Shown here piece after piece: positions 1 through 8,549 of a DNA stretch of 64,000 nt. Location: contig OY969413.1 of NCBI GenBank assembly GCA_963699165.1, forward strand, positions 916,562 through 980,561. Direction: 5' to 3'. Source of the stretch: Candidatus Kaiserbacteria bacterium (lineage in GTDB: Bacteria; Patescibacteriota; Minisyncoccia; Phycocordibacterales; Phycocordibacteraceae). A program made the translations under genes and the position numbers. Every line of letters starts with the position of its first letter. The stretch's first letter is position 1. Under the pieces are notes generated by a model that saw only the letters and a list, made by a program, of their open reading frames with translations, ran no database searches and was not told the DNA's origin.

Positions 1-493
1 AACCGAAGAGACCGACAGCGTTTACCGTCGGGTCTTTGAGATTCAGTCCTTCGCGCTCGACGGTGAAAGAACTTCCGGTCCAATGTTCCTCACGTTTCTT
101 TCCGTGACGCAGGCGCGGGGCGACACTGCGACGCTTCGGGTCGATCATCTTCGACCAAAGTCGATATTTTGGATTGCGCTCGATGTGCCCAATGATATCT
201 GAAACGAATCCACGCGCGATTTCGCCAGTGCTCGATACGAGAAGAATGCGAATCTCGCGATTTTTGGCGATCTCCCAGAGAGGGTATGCGATGGAGCTAT
301 GGGTTGATTTACCAAAACCGCGCGGCATCGCGATGGCGAGTTTTTGATAGGTATAGTTGGAGAGAGCATCGTCAAGTTCGTCCTGAAACGGCGCATTGTT
401 TAGACCAATAATTTCGGACACGAAGACGCGAAAATGCTCGGCCGCTATCGCGCAAAAGACGGCCGCTTCTTCAAGTTTTGGAATGTTACCCAT
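1..493 (-). CDS. Phage terminase large subunit, N-terminal ATPase part. The ORF runs off the window start, so the C-terminus is missing.
   Basis: Reverse-strand translation from ATG at 493..491 gives MGNIPKLEEAAVF...LAIAMPRGFGKSTHSSIAYPLWEIAKNREIRILLVSSTGEIARGF... with a Walker-A-like PRGFGKST, typical of terminase large-subunit ATPase domains. There is no stop before position 1. It is absent from the ORF track because it is unterminated. Its start overlaps the upstream gene's stop (ATGGGTAA). Confidence 0.65.
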   Translation of the reverse strand, partial: MGNIPKLEEAAVFCAIAAEHFRVFVSEIIGLNNAPFQDELDDALSNYTYQKLAIAMPRGFGKSTHSSIAYPLWEIAKNREIRILLVSSTGEIARGFVSDIIGHIERNPKYRLWSKMIDPKRRSVAPRLRHGKKREEHWTGSSFTVEREGLNLKDPTVNAVGLFG

Positions 494-905
494 GGTCGTT
501 TGTTTTAGGGTGATTAAGATACGGTTCGACAAGCCGCTTGGTTTCGGGTTTCAGTGTTCCGAACACTTCGAAGAAGATATTTTCATCTTCATCACGAGCG
601 ATGGCGAAGGCGGACTCGAAGGCGCGCTGACGATAATCGGGATGCTTATTTTTCAACCAGAATATCGTTGCCGTGAGATTGCCGTTTTTGATGCCGGAGA
701 GTATCTGACTCTCGGCGGCATCGTTCATGAGCGCCGTGCCTTCGGCGAGCGCGTCATCAACGAACTTCGCGAATTCCGAATCTTCTTTCTTCCACCTGTA
801 CAGGCTCGCGCGACTCATGCCGGTTTTCTGACATGCGACTTCAATGATCGGCGTTTTGCGTAATTGTTCAAGCAACAATTCTTTGGTACGAATAGTCTTT
901 TTCAT
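486..905 (-). CDS. Small HTH DNA-binding protein, terminase small-subunit-like, placed immediately upstream of the terminase large subunit.
   Basis: The 139-aa product contains ...IIEVACQKTGMSRASLYRWKKEDSEFAKFVDDA..., an HTH motif of the phage terminase-small / transposase-HTH type. It is translationally coupled to the terminase large subunit. The alternative +-strand ORF 396..863 is less protein-like and was rejected. Confidence 0.5.
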   Translation of the reverse strand: MKKTIRTKELLLEQLRKTPIIEVACQKTGMSRASLYRWKKEDSEFAKFVDDALAEGTALMNDAAESQILSGIKNGNLTATIFWLKNKHPDYRQRAFESAFAIARDEDENIFFEVFGTLKPETKRLVEPYLNHPKTNDHG

Positions 906-1684
906 ATTTGTTTTGCTTTAAGGTTGGTACAGTGCTCCCAGCGAGAAATCGCTGTGAGGCAATATTCGAGATCAATTTCGACCGCGAAGCATCGACGCTT
1001 CGTTTGCTCGCACGCTAACAGCGTGGTACCGCTGCCAAGAAATCCGTCGTATACCACATCGCCGATTTCGCTTGAGTTGAGAATCAAACGACGAATAAGT
1101 CCGATGGGTTTGGTTGTCGGATGAAATTTGCTTTTGACAGGACGCGGATAGAACAAAACCGACTTATCTTTTGAGTGACGGAATATATGCGTGCCATGCC
1201 AGCCGTAAAGGATCAATTCATGTTGGGGTGCGTAATCGAGGCGACCGATAACCGCTTGCGATTTCACCCACACAAGAAGCTGCGCGACCTTGAATCCAGC
1301 GTCTAACATTCCTTCGCGAAGCGACCACACCATTTTGTCTGCATTGAACACATACGCGGCGTTTTTTCGGGCGAGATAAGGAGCGATTGTTTCAAGCCAT
1401 GCGCGGTTGAACGCCCGATATGATTCATCGGATTGTAGTTCGTCGTTCGCAACAATTTTATCTTTTGAGAGTTTTGAGAATCCGCGTTTAGATTCCACTG
1501 CCGAGACGGCATACGGTACGTCACAACATACGAGATTTATATGGATATTACCTATAAGCCTCTCCAGCAGTTTTTTGTCACGTGCGTCGCCGTATGCGAT
1601 GCGGTGATCGCCAAGTTGCCAGATAGTGCCAGGCTTAATTGAGTTTGCGGGCTTTGATTCCAGTTGCGTTTTCATACCGTTCAA
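902..1684 (-). CDS. DNA methyltransferase, N6-adenine/N4-cytosine amino-methyltransferase class, phage-type.
   Basis: The product carries a DPPY-like motif (CCDVPY) followed by an FxGxG AdoMet-binding motif (FLGSGTT) near the C-terminus. This is the beta-class order typical of N6/N4 DNA methyltransferases. Confidence 0.75.
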   Translation of the reverse strand: MNGMKTQLESKPANSIKPGTIWQLGDHRIAYGDARDKKLLERLIGNIHINLVCCDVPYAVSAVESKRGFSKLSKDKIVANDELQSDESYRAFNRAWLETIAPYLARKNAAYVFNADKMVWSLREGMLDAGFKVAQLLVWVKSQAVIGRLDYAPQHELILYGWHGTHIFRHSKDKSVLFYPRPVKSKFHPTTKPIGLIRRLILNSSEIGDVVYDGFLGSGTTLLACEQTKRRCFAVEIDLEYCLTAISRWEHCTNLKAKQI

Positions 1685-3023
1685 TAATTACGTCCACGAA
1701 TATCGGCTCTGCTTCGACCATGTAGCAGATTCGTTTCATCTGATCGGCGGCCATGAGCGTACTACCCGAGCCACCAAAGAGATCCAGCACCGCATCACCC
1801 GGCTTCGTACAACGCTTGAGTGGCCGTTCGTGCAAGGTCACTGGCTTTTGCGTCGGATGACAATATTCTTGACTGGCGACGCGTTTCGCTAACCAAATAT
1901 CCGCTTGATCCATGATGTCGTCGAGCAGTTTATTGCCTGACGGTCCAAGTTCTTTGTTCAGAACTTCTGCGAAGTTCTGCCCGACGGGTGCGATGTACGG
2001 CTTATTGCGCGTCGCATAGACGCAGGGCTCGTAACACTTTCCGAAGGCTACGCCAGGTACAGGGTTGGCGGGTCCCTTAATCCACAAACAAACTCGGCGA
2101 TTTACGAGACCAGCATCGGCAGAAAGTGACTGCACCATACCAATATATTTTTGGTCGCAGAAAAAGAATATGTGACAATCAGGGTCGCATACAACAAGCG
2201 CGTTCTCCATCGAGCGTTTCAAGAAAGAACGATATTCTTCGTCTGGTTTCGAGTCGTCTACATTTCCGCCATACGAACCTTTGCCGCCAACGCCACGATC
2301 GTAATCAAGCGAGATGTTATAGGGCGGATCACAATAAATCATTCCGATTTTTGCCCCACAGGTAACTTTCTTTACAGTTTCGATATCGAGCGAACTTCCG
2401 CAGGCAAGACGGTGCGACCCGAGCGCGTATAGATCGCCAGTTTTCGCCTTCGGTTCCTTCACGCGCTTTACCGCCTCGTCAAAATCAAATTCATCATCCG
2501 AAGTTTCAAGCGCGTCCGCAAAGATAATCGACAGATCCGAATCATCGAAGCCCGATGCGAGCATCGTATCGATATCGAAGTATTGGGAAATGAGACCATA
2601 ATCCCAATCGCCATGAATACGATTACTTGAAAGCAGGTAACGATCGTACTCCGCCTTTGTGAGCTTTCTCGAAGGAACGCGTACTGGAATTTCTTCATCG
2701 ATACGACCCATGGCGGCTAACGCGGCGATACGCTGATGACCTGCAACTAGAGAGTTATCAAGGTCTATAACAGGAGCTTCAACAATTCCGAATTCTTTCA
2801 AGCTCTTTTTGAGGTCTGTCATCTGTTTCGGACTCATAATCCTTGGATTGTGTGGATTCTGAACGAGGTCGGAAACTTTTCTCGTCTCCGTCGTCCACGT
2901 GAGCGGCTGCTTTTTCATATCGGTATATTTGCTGTTAAAAGGCGCATCGCGCGCCCTACAGCAGATACCCACGACTTTCGGCATTTTTGTGACATATAAA
3001 AAGCCGCATGGAAGCGGCTTCAA
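1635..3023 (-). CDS. ParB-like nuclease domain fused to a DNA (N6/N4) methyltransferase. The likely true start is the ATG at 2918 (MKKQPLTW...).
   Basis: The N-terminal region (…IVEAPVIDLDNSLVAGHQRIAALAAMG…) resembles the ParB/Srx fold. Downstream are DPPY (YCDPPYN) and FGGSGST motifs. This fusion is typical of phage and prophage orphan methyltransferases. The 5' extension overlaps the neighbouring gene, so the internal start at 2918 is preferred. Confidence 0.75.
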   Translation of the reverse strand: MKPLPCGFLYVTKMPKVVGICCRARDAPFNSKYTDMKKQPLTWTTETRKVSDLVQNPHNPRIMSPKQMTDLKKSLKEFGIVEAPVIDLDNSLVAGHQRIAALAAMGRIDEEIPVRVPSRKLTKAEYDRYLLSSNRIHGDWDYGLISQYFDIDTMLASGFDDSDLSIIFADALETSDDEFDFDEAVKRVKEPKAKTGDLYALGSHRLACGSSLDIETVKKVTCGAKIGMIYCDPPYNISLDYDRGVGGKGSYGGNVDDSKPDEEYRSFLKRSMENALVVCDPDCHIFFFCDQKYIGMVQSLSADAGLVNRRVCLWIKGPANPVPGVAFGKCYEPCVYATRNKPYIAPVGQNFAEVLNKELGPSGNKLLDDIMDQADIWLAKRVASQEYCHPTQKPVTLHERPLKRCTKPGDAVLDLFGGSGSTLMAADQMKRICYMVEAEPIFVDVIIERYENATGIKARKLN

Positions 3024-3037
3024 CGGGGAATCCTATT

Positions 3038-4099
3038 TTAGGACAGTAATGGCTTCAGTTTCGGGAGAGCGCGGCTTTTCGCCTTTCGTTCGGTAGCAGT
3101 GAGAATTTCACCGCGATAATCTTTTTCTATGGCCAGTCGCTCTTTTGGAGGGAGCTTTGTGATCGCACGAGCGATATCGATTTCTTGGATATTGATGGTA
3201 TCAGTATGCCTTGCGAGTACCGCATCTGCTCGGGTTTCATCATTGAGAATTTTATCCAACGATTCTTCCAAAAAATTATCTTTGATTTCGTACTTGCCGC
3301 GCCCGAGGTTGTAATCTTTATGGCGGAGACGAAGCCTCTCCGGAAGTTCCGATAGATACAAAGGTTTTCGACGCGGCTTAGCAAGCAGTTTCTGCGTCTC
3401 ATCTACTGCAAACGTGAGATTGCCAAGGGAAGTTGAGGCATAGAGATACTGGTAGGTCGATTTGAAACCGCTCCATGCGCGCGTAAGACGCCGCATTAAA
3501 TCTGCACGATGAGGCCCACACGGATCCTTTTCCTTTACACGAGCGAGGAGAGCTCCAACCTCAACAATTTCTGCCCGCCTTATTTCGAGCTCTTTAATGG
3601 TTTTGCACCAGCCGCGAATCATTTCTTTTGTAACGGATGGATACTTTCCCCGGATTTCATTCCATGCTTCTGGAGTGAATTGGTCTTCCCATGACCAAAG
3701 AATCTCCGATTGATGATCTGGAGAGAACGGCGGTTCGGATTCTTCAGAGATTTGCAATAATGGATTATGTAAAGTTTTGCTCTCTTCGTCCAAATATCCT
3801 TCGTATAAAATTTCGGTTAGGGAATGCAGAGATGCTAAAACTTCGGGCGATTCTTCACAATCTTTGGCCGCAAAAAGGAAGTACTGTAGGCAAATCAATT
3901 GCAATTGAAGGTCGTTGAGGAAGAAAAGATCTGGGTGTTGAGCCCGCTTCAGTGCGAATTCTTTCATAACAAGACCCAGATCTGCCCATACATCTTCTGC
4001 CGTGCGTGAGGGCAGACGCAAACGCAGTTGGAAGTTATGAATGGCTTGATCGAACTTCGTTCGTTCGTGATTGATAACGGTGCTGTGCGGAGTGGTCAT
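3038..4099 (-). CDS. Hypothetical protein, the last gene of the prophage-like block.
   Basis: A 353-aa ORF co-oriented with the methyltransferases and terminase. I recognise no conserved motifs in it. Confidence 0.45.
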   Translation of the reverse strand: MTTPHSTVINHERTKFDQAIHNFQLRLRLPSRTAEDVWADLGLVMKEFALKRAQHPDLFFLNDLQLQLICLQYFLFAAKDCEESPEVLASLHSLTEILYEGYLDEESKTLHNPLLQISEESEPPFSPDHQSEILWSWEDQFTPEAWNEIRGKYPSVTKEMIRGWCKTIKELEIRRAEIVEVGALLARVKEKDPCGPHRADLMRRLTRAWSGFKSTYQYLYASTSLGNLTFAVDETQKLLAKPRRKPLYLSELPERLRLRHKDYNLGRGKYEIKDNFLEESLDKILNDETRADAVLARHTDTINIQEIDIARAITKLPPKERLAIEKDYRGEILTATERKAKSRALPKLKPLLS

Positions 4100-4529
4100 A
4101 CTCTAATTTTACCTCCAATTCAAGCTTTTTATTACGAGAGTGTTGTGAGACACGGCTTCGTAGATTCAGCTACTTTTTTTATAGTGCTTCATTCGTTTCA
4201 TTTCTTAATGAATACGCCATATTCCGCCAGGAATGCTACATTAGTCGCATTTTTCGATTTTGACCCCCAGACCGAGTGGCTTCGGCCGTGCTACACTGAA
4301 AGGATGTCAAAAACCCTTACGGTGCCTCGCCGGGCAAGGTTCTAGACGGACTTGGGGCTGTTCAAGATCCGAACCAGCGGGCTCGAATCTATCGAAAGTT
4401 GGGGTATCTGTACCTCAAACTTCATGAGCCAATCGGCCTCTGGTTTATTTTCCGAGCGCTCACGGTGCCCGGCGTAGCGATAGCCACACGAATCAAGACT
4501 TTGTTCGTTTTGCTTCACTGAAGCCAAAT

Positions 4530-4572
4530 GCCCGCGACGAGTACCAACTCGTCGCGGGCGAACTTTTTAATT
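4530..4572 (+). terminator. Strong hairpin: a 13-bp perfect stem (gcccgcgacgagt / actcgtcgcgggc) with a 4-nt loop, followed on the + strand by gaacTTTTTaatt.
   Basis: The inverted repeat is seen directly at 4530..4559, with a T-run after it on the + strand. No obvious + strand gene ends just upstream. It could be a terminator for an unannotated transcript, or a structural or att-site element at the prophage boundary. Confidence 0.4.
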
Positions 4573-4729
4573 CATTACTGCGCAAAATCGCAACTGCAAG
4601 CCTTAATTTACACGGTCGTAGAAACAAGATTTTCGCATTGACAAAATAGATAGATAATGATATAGAGGACAATAGGTTGGGCCAACTGCCCAGTTCCATT
4701 TCGCACATTTCCTGTAGGAGTTATTAATC

Positions 4730-5308
4730 ATGGTCGTGCGCAAAACCGTATCGCTTCCGCAGCCCTTAACGGGACAACAAATAATTGGAGCCGTGTCGGC
4801 GGCGGTCAAAGCAAACAACCTTGACCTCATTAACAATATGGGTTTCGACGACGGCGCATGTTTCGAGGTGGGTCAAAGCTCGGGTTACCCATACGAACAG
4901 CTTCGTGTCATACCTGAGATTGCGGGTGAGACGGTTTTCCATCCCGACAGAGTATATCGAGGTCCACTCGTTGTAGAGTCACACAAATGGCCCGTAGAGT
5001 TTTATCCTGTCGGATACTCGGACGATGCTCCAATCTGGGCCGTCGAATCATTCGCTGCAGCACTTGATGTCCGGCTTCGCGATTTGGCCTCTCAAGCCGA
5101 TTCGCAAGTTTCGGAATCTTTGCTCGAGCAATTCGAGCGGCGCTACGACAAGGCACCGACTGATCCGGCAAAGAGAATTCTATTCGGCATTTTCAACGAC
5201 CTGAACGGTCGAGCTGGGTTCGATAACGAGTGGGGCGGAATCGACCACGAGACGCAGGAGGAGATCCTCGCAACCAATCTCGAAATCGTCAGGAAGAATC
5301 TTCCCTGA
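4730..5308 (+). CDS. Hypothetical protein.
   Basis: A 192-aa ORF preceded by a GGAG-type RBS (aggagttattaatcATG) and followed by an intrinsic terminator. No motif recognised. Confidence 0.5.
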   Translation: MVVRKTVSLPQPLTGQQIIGAVSAAVKANNLDLINNMGFDDGACFEVGQSSGYPYEQLRVIPEIAGETVFHPDRVYRGPLVVESHKWPVEFYPVGYSDDAPIWAVESFAAALDVRLRDLASQADSQVSESLLEQFERRYDKAPTDPAKRILFGIFNDLNGRAGFDNEWGGIDHETQEEILATNLEIVRKNLP

Positions 5309-5326
5309 CATAAATCCAAGAAGCTA

Positions 5327-5372
5327 AGACCCACAAGCGGAACGACCCGCTTCGGTGGGTCTTTCCGTTTTA
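5327..5372 (+). terminator. Rho-independent terminator.
   Basis: Hairpin agacccacaagcgg…ccgcttcggtgggtct followed by tttccgtttta, immediately after the stop of the 4730..5308 ORF. Confidence 0.55.
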
Positions 5373-5451
5373 TAAATAAGTTCGAAGGTCATTGCATTGC
5401 GGAGCAGAGCTGGTTTTTGTGATATGGTAGAACATATGGCAAAGTGAGTGT

Positions 5452-6123
5452 ATGGGAATTTTATCGATAGTCGCCACACCGATAGGGAACTTGGAGGATA
5501 TTACGCTGCGCGCTTTGCGGACGCTCAAAGAGTGCGATGTTGTGTATGCCGAAGACACGCGCGTCGTCGCAAAACTACTCGCGCGGTACGAAATTAAAAA
5601 GCCGCTTCAGCGGCTCGACGCAGTTACCGAAACAAAAAAGGCGGACGATGTTGTTTCGCGACTTGAAGCGGGCGAACATGTCGTGTTTGTGAGCGACGCG
5701 GGTACGCCCGGCATTTCGGACCCGGGTTCGCGTCTCGTTGCGGCGGTGCGGGAACAGTTGCCCGAAGCGAAAATCGAGGCGATTCCGGGAGCGTCGGCGC
5801 TTACTGCCGCGCTTTCAATCGCCGGAATCGATTCTGCCGAGTTTACATTCATCGGTTTTTTGCCGCATAAAAAAGGCCGCCAAACGGCGCTCAAGAAAAT
5901 GGCCGAAAGCGAAATTCCGGTCGTGCTCTACGAATCTCCGCACCGCATTTTGAAATTGCTTGAAGAGCTTGGTGCAATCGACACATCGCGCGTTGTCGTC
6001 GCCCGCGAGCTGACCAAAATCCACGAAGAAGTTGTTTCGGGTACGCCTTCCGAAATTCTCGCGCATTTCGCTAAAAATCCCGACCGCGTCCGCGGTGAGT
6101 TTGTGGTCATCAAAGCTGCCTGA
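5452..6123 (+). CDS. rsmI: 16S rRNA (cytidine1402-2'-O)-methyltransferase RsmI, tetrapyrrole-methylase fold.
   Basis: The N-terminus MGILSIVATPIGNLEDITLRALRTLKECDVVYAEDTR and the rest of the sequence match the conserved RsmI (YraL) family along its full ~220-aa length. Confidence 0.9.
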   Translation: MGILSIVATPIGNLEDITLRALRTLKECDVVYAEDTRVVAKLLARYEIKKPLQRLDAVTETKKADDVVSRLEAGEHVVFVSDAGTPGISDPGSRLVAAVREQLPEAKIEAIPGASALTAALSIAGIDSAEFTFIGFLPHKKGRQTALKKMAESEIPVVLYESPHRILKLLEELGAIDTSRVVVARELTKIHEEVVSGTPSEILAHFAKNPDRVRGEFVVIKAA

Positions 6124-6135
6124 TATACTCGAACT

Positions 6136-6381
6136 ATGTCCCGCACCAGCGCACTCATTCTTCTCGGCATTCTTGTCGCCCTCACTCCTTTTTCAGGTCT
6201 GCCGATAGCCATTCGCAATTTGCTCGCAGTCATTTTCGGCATTTGCGTGACCAGCATCGGCGTCTCTCTCCGCGCTCACGAAGTCCGCACCAAACAGCAG
6301 GCAGTCGAATCTACCGTTCCTGTCATGACCGCTGAACCTGTCTCCGAACCCACTCCTCCGACAGGCGTTTCTCCAATTTGA
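6136..6381 (+). CDS. Small hypothetical membrane protein with two predicted TM helices.
   Basis: An 81-aa ORF with hydrophobic stretches LILLGILVALTPFSGL and LLAVIFGICVTSIGVSL. There is no clear RBS. It lies in the same frame as rsmI, 12 nt after rsmI's TGA stop. Confidence 0.35.
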   Translation: MSRTSALILLGILVALTPFSGLPIAIRNLLAVIFGICVTSIGVSLRAHEVRTKQQAVESTVPVMTAEPVSEPTPPTGVSPI

Positions 6382-6431
6382 TTTTTGTATAACGTTCATC
6401 CCGCTCGTGCGGGACTTTGTTATACTAAAAC

Positions 6432-8543
6432 GTGATGGAAAACCCCGAGCGCGTTACGTATTTCGCCGCGACTGACTCGCGGGGAAAATATGTGCCTTTT
6501 GGCATTAAGTCGAAGGACCGCGACCGGCACATGTACGTTATCGGCAAGACCGGCATGGGCAAATCGACCTTGCTTGAGAACATGGCGATTCAGGATTTGC
6601 AGAACGGGGAAGGGCTCGCCTTCATCGACCCGCACGGCGGCACGGTTGAGCGTTTGCTCGAATACATTCCCGAACACCGCATCAAGGACGTCGTGTATTT
6701 TGCGCCGTTTGATATGGAGAACCCCATCGCGTTTAACGTGATGGAGGACGTGGGCTACGACAAGCGCCACCTCGTCGTGTCGGGCCTCATGGCGACCTTC
6801 AAAAAGATTTGGGAAGACGCGTGGAGTGCCCGCATGGAATACATTCTCACGAACACGTTGCTCGCGCTTCTCGAATATCCGGACGCGACCCTGCTCGGCG
6901 TGAACCGCATGTACACCGACAAGCTGTATCGCACGAAAGTCATCGACAATGTGAAAGACCCGGTCGTGAAGGATTTTTGGACGAAAGAATTTGCAAACTA
7001 CGGCGACCGGTACACGCAAGAGGCGACGCCGGCCATTCAAAACAAAATCGGCCAGTTCACCGGGAACCCGCTCATTAGGAACATTATCGGCCAGCCGAAG
7101 TCGTCTTTTGACATTCGCACGATGATGGACCAGAAAAAGATTCTCATTATGAATCTCTCGAAAGGGCTTGTCGGAGAAACGAATATGCGGCTCTTGGGCT
7201 CGATGCTCACGACCCGTATTTTCCTCGGTGCGATGAGCCGTGCGGATAATTACGGCGCAGAGCTCGCCAAGCTGCCGCCCTTCTATTTTTACGTGGACGA
7301 ATTTCAAAACTTTGCGAACGAGACCTTCGCCGAGATTTTGTCCGAGGCCCGCAAATACAAACTCAATCTCGTCATCGCGCACCAGTACATCGAGCAGATG
7401 GAGGAAGAAGTGCGCGATGCCGTGTTCGGAAACGTCGGCACCACGGTTGCATTTCGCGTCGGACCTTTCGATGCGGAAGTGCTTGAAACGATTTTCATGC
7501 CGAAGTTTACAAAAGAAGATATCGTCGGACTCGATAAGCGGCAGATTTACATAACGCTTATGATTGACGGCGTCGGGTCTGCGCCGTTTTCAGCGGTGAC
7601 GATTCCGCCGATTGAAGCGCCGGCAGTTTCGCATAAAGAAGAAGTGATAGCGTCTTCGCAAAAGCAGTTTGCCGTACCTCGCGCAGGCGTCGAGAACGCG
7701 ATTATGGAAGAACTTGCCGCGAGCATTGCCGCGCCGCCGCCGCTTGACGCGCGCATGAAAAAAAAGCCGACGACGCCATACCGCCCGCCTGCGTTTACGC
7801 CGCCGACACCCGCGGCGCAGGTTTCCGCGCCCGTCCAAAGCAAGCCGGCTGTGGCCGCGATTGAGCCGAAAAGTTCGGAGGCATATGTCCCGAGAAGCTC
7901 TGTACCGACGCAAGTATCGCGTCCGGTACGGGAGCGAACCGCGCCGACGGTACCAACACAACGGCCGCAGTATCAACAGGCAACGCCGCGACCGCCGGTC
8001 CGCGAGTACGCGCAAAACGCGCAGACGCCCACGCCTCGTCCGACGGCCGCGGCGAAAAGTTCGGAGGATTTGAAGGCCATTTTGCGGGCCATGACGCAGA
8101 AAACGACCGTAGAGAATGAACAAAAGCAGACCCAAAACAAACAATCGCTTAAAGGCACTCTTTCGGACGTGCTCACAAAGGGCGGTGCAGAACCCGACCT
8201 GCGGAAGGTCAGATCTTCCGTACCGGGACAAGCGGAAGAATTTGGGAAGGCCAGACCTTCCCAAATGGAACCGGTTCAAATAAAGAGCGATTTGCAGCAA
8301 TCGCCGCCGCAGAATACAGTATCTGCGGCCGTGCCGAAAGAAGCAACATCTGTGGAAGTTAAACTTTCACAGATGCCGGAAGTTCAGGCGGTTGCGACAA
8401 CCGAGGCAGCATCCGCGGCCGCGGCGCCTCCGGCGCCGCGGAAAGAAATTCCTGCGCCGGCTTCGCCGGCGCAGGAACCGGAGAAAAAACCATTCGAGGT
8501 CTCCGAGGAGGTGCTTCGGAAAGTATTAAAAGGCGAAACATAA
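6432..8543 (+). CDS. VirD4/TraD/TraG-like (type IV coupling-protein family) P-loop ATPase with a ~300-aa Pro/Ala/Gln/Thr-rich disordered C-terminal tail. It has no N-terminal TM segment.
   Basis: Walker A is VIGKTGMGKSTLLENM. Walker B/DExx is FYFYVDEFQNF. The motif HQYIEQM… is consistent with TraD/VirD4-type ATPases. The C-terminal third is low-complexity (PPAFTPPTPAAQVSAPVQSKPAVAA…). Confidence 0.6.
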   Translation: MMENPERVTYFAATDSRGKYVPFGIKSKDRDRHMYVIGKTGMGKSTLLENMAIQDLQNGEGLAFIDPHGGTVERLLEYIPEHRIKDVVYFAPFDMENPIAFNVMEDVGYDKRHLVVSGLMATFKKIWEDAWSARMEYILTNTLLALLEYPDATLLGVNRMYTDKLYRTKVIDNVKDPVVKDFWTKEFANYGDRYTQEATPAIQNKIGQFTGNPLIRNIIGQPKSSFDIRTMMDQKKILIMNLSKGLVGETNMRLLGSMLTTRIFLGAMSRADNYGAELAKLPPFYFYVDEFQNFANETFAEILSEARKYKLNLVIAHQYIEQMEEEVRDAVFGNVGTTVAFRVGPFDAEVLETIFMPKFTKEDIVGLDKRQIYITLMIDGVGSAPFSAVTIPPIEAPAVSHKEEVIASSQKQFAVPRAGVENAIMEELAASIAAPPPLDARMKKKPTTPYRPPAFTPPTPAAQVSAPVQSKPAVAAIEPKSSEAYVPRSSVPTQVSRPVRERTAPTVPTQRPQYQQATPRPPVREYAQNAQTPTPRPTAAAKSSEDLKAILRAMTQKTTVENEQKQTQNKQSLKGTLSDVLTKGGAEPDLRKVRSSVPGQAEEFGKARPSQMEPVQIKSDLQQSPPQNTVSAAVPKEATSVEVKLSQMPEVQAVATTEAASAAAAPPAPRKEIPAPASPAQEPEKKPFEVSEEVLRKVLKGET

Positions 8544-8549
8544 TTTTCA

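Noticed and set aside
396-863. +-strand 155-aa ORF overlapping the –-strand 486..905 ORF.
   Set aside because: The –-strand ORF has a coherent HTH motif and is translationally coupled to the terminase gene on the same strand. The +-strand translation is low-complexity and shows no motif.
4330-4400. Possible tRNA/tmRNA-like sequence (GGGGCTGTTCAAGATCCGAACCAGCGGGCTCGAATC) at the prophage boundary.
   Set aside because: I could not fold it into a cloverleaf with a proper T-arm, anticodon arm or CCA-proximal acceptor pairing on either strand. Without a covariance-model hit I do not call an RNA gene.
6121-6381. Possible readthrough fusion of rsmI with the small in-frame ORF 6136..6381.
   Set aside because: RsmI ends at its normal C-terminus at this TGA. 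The in-frame arrangement is most likely coincidental.
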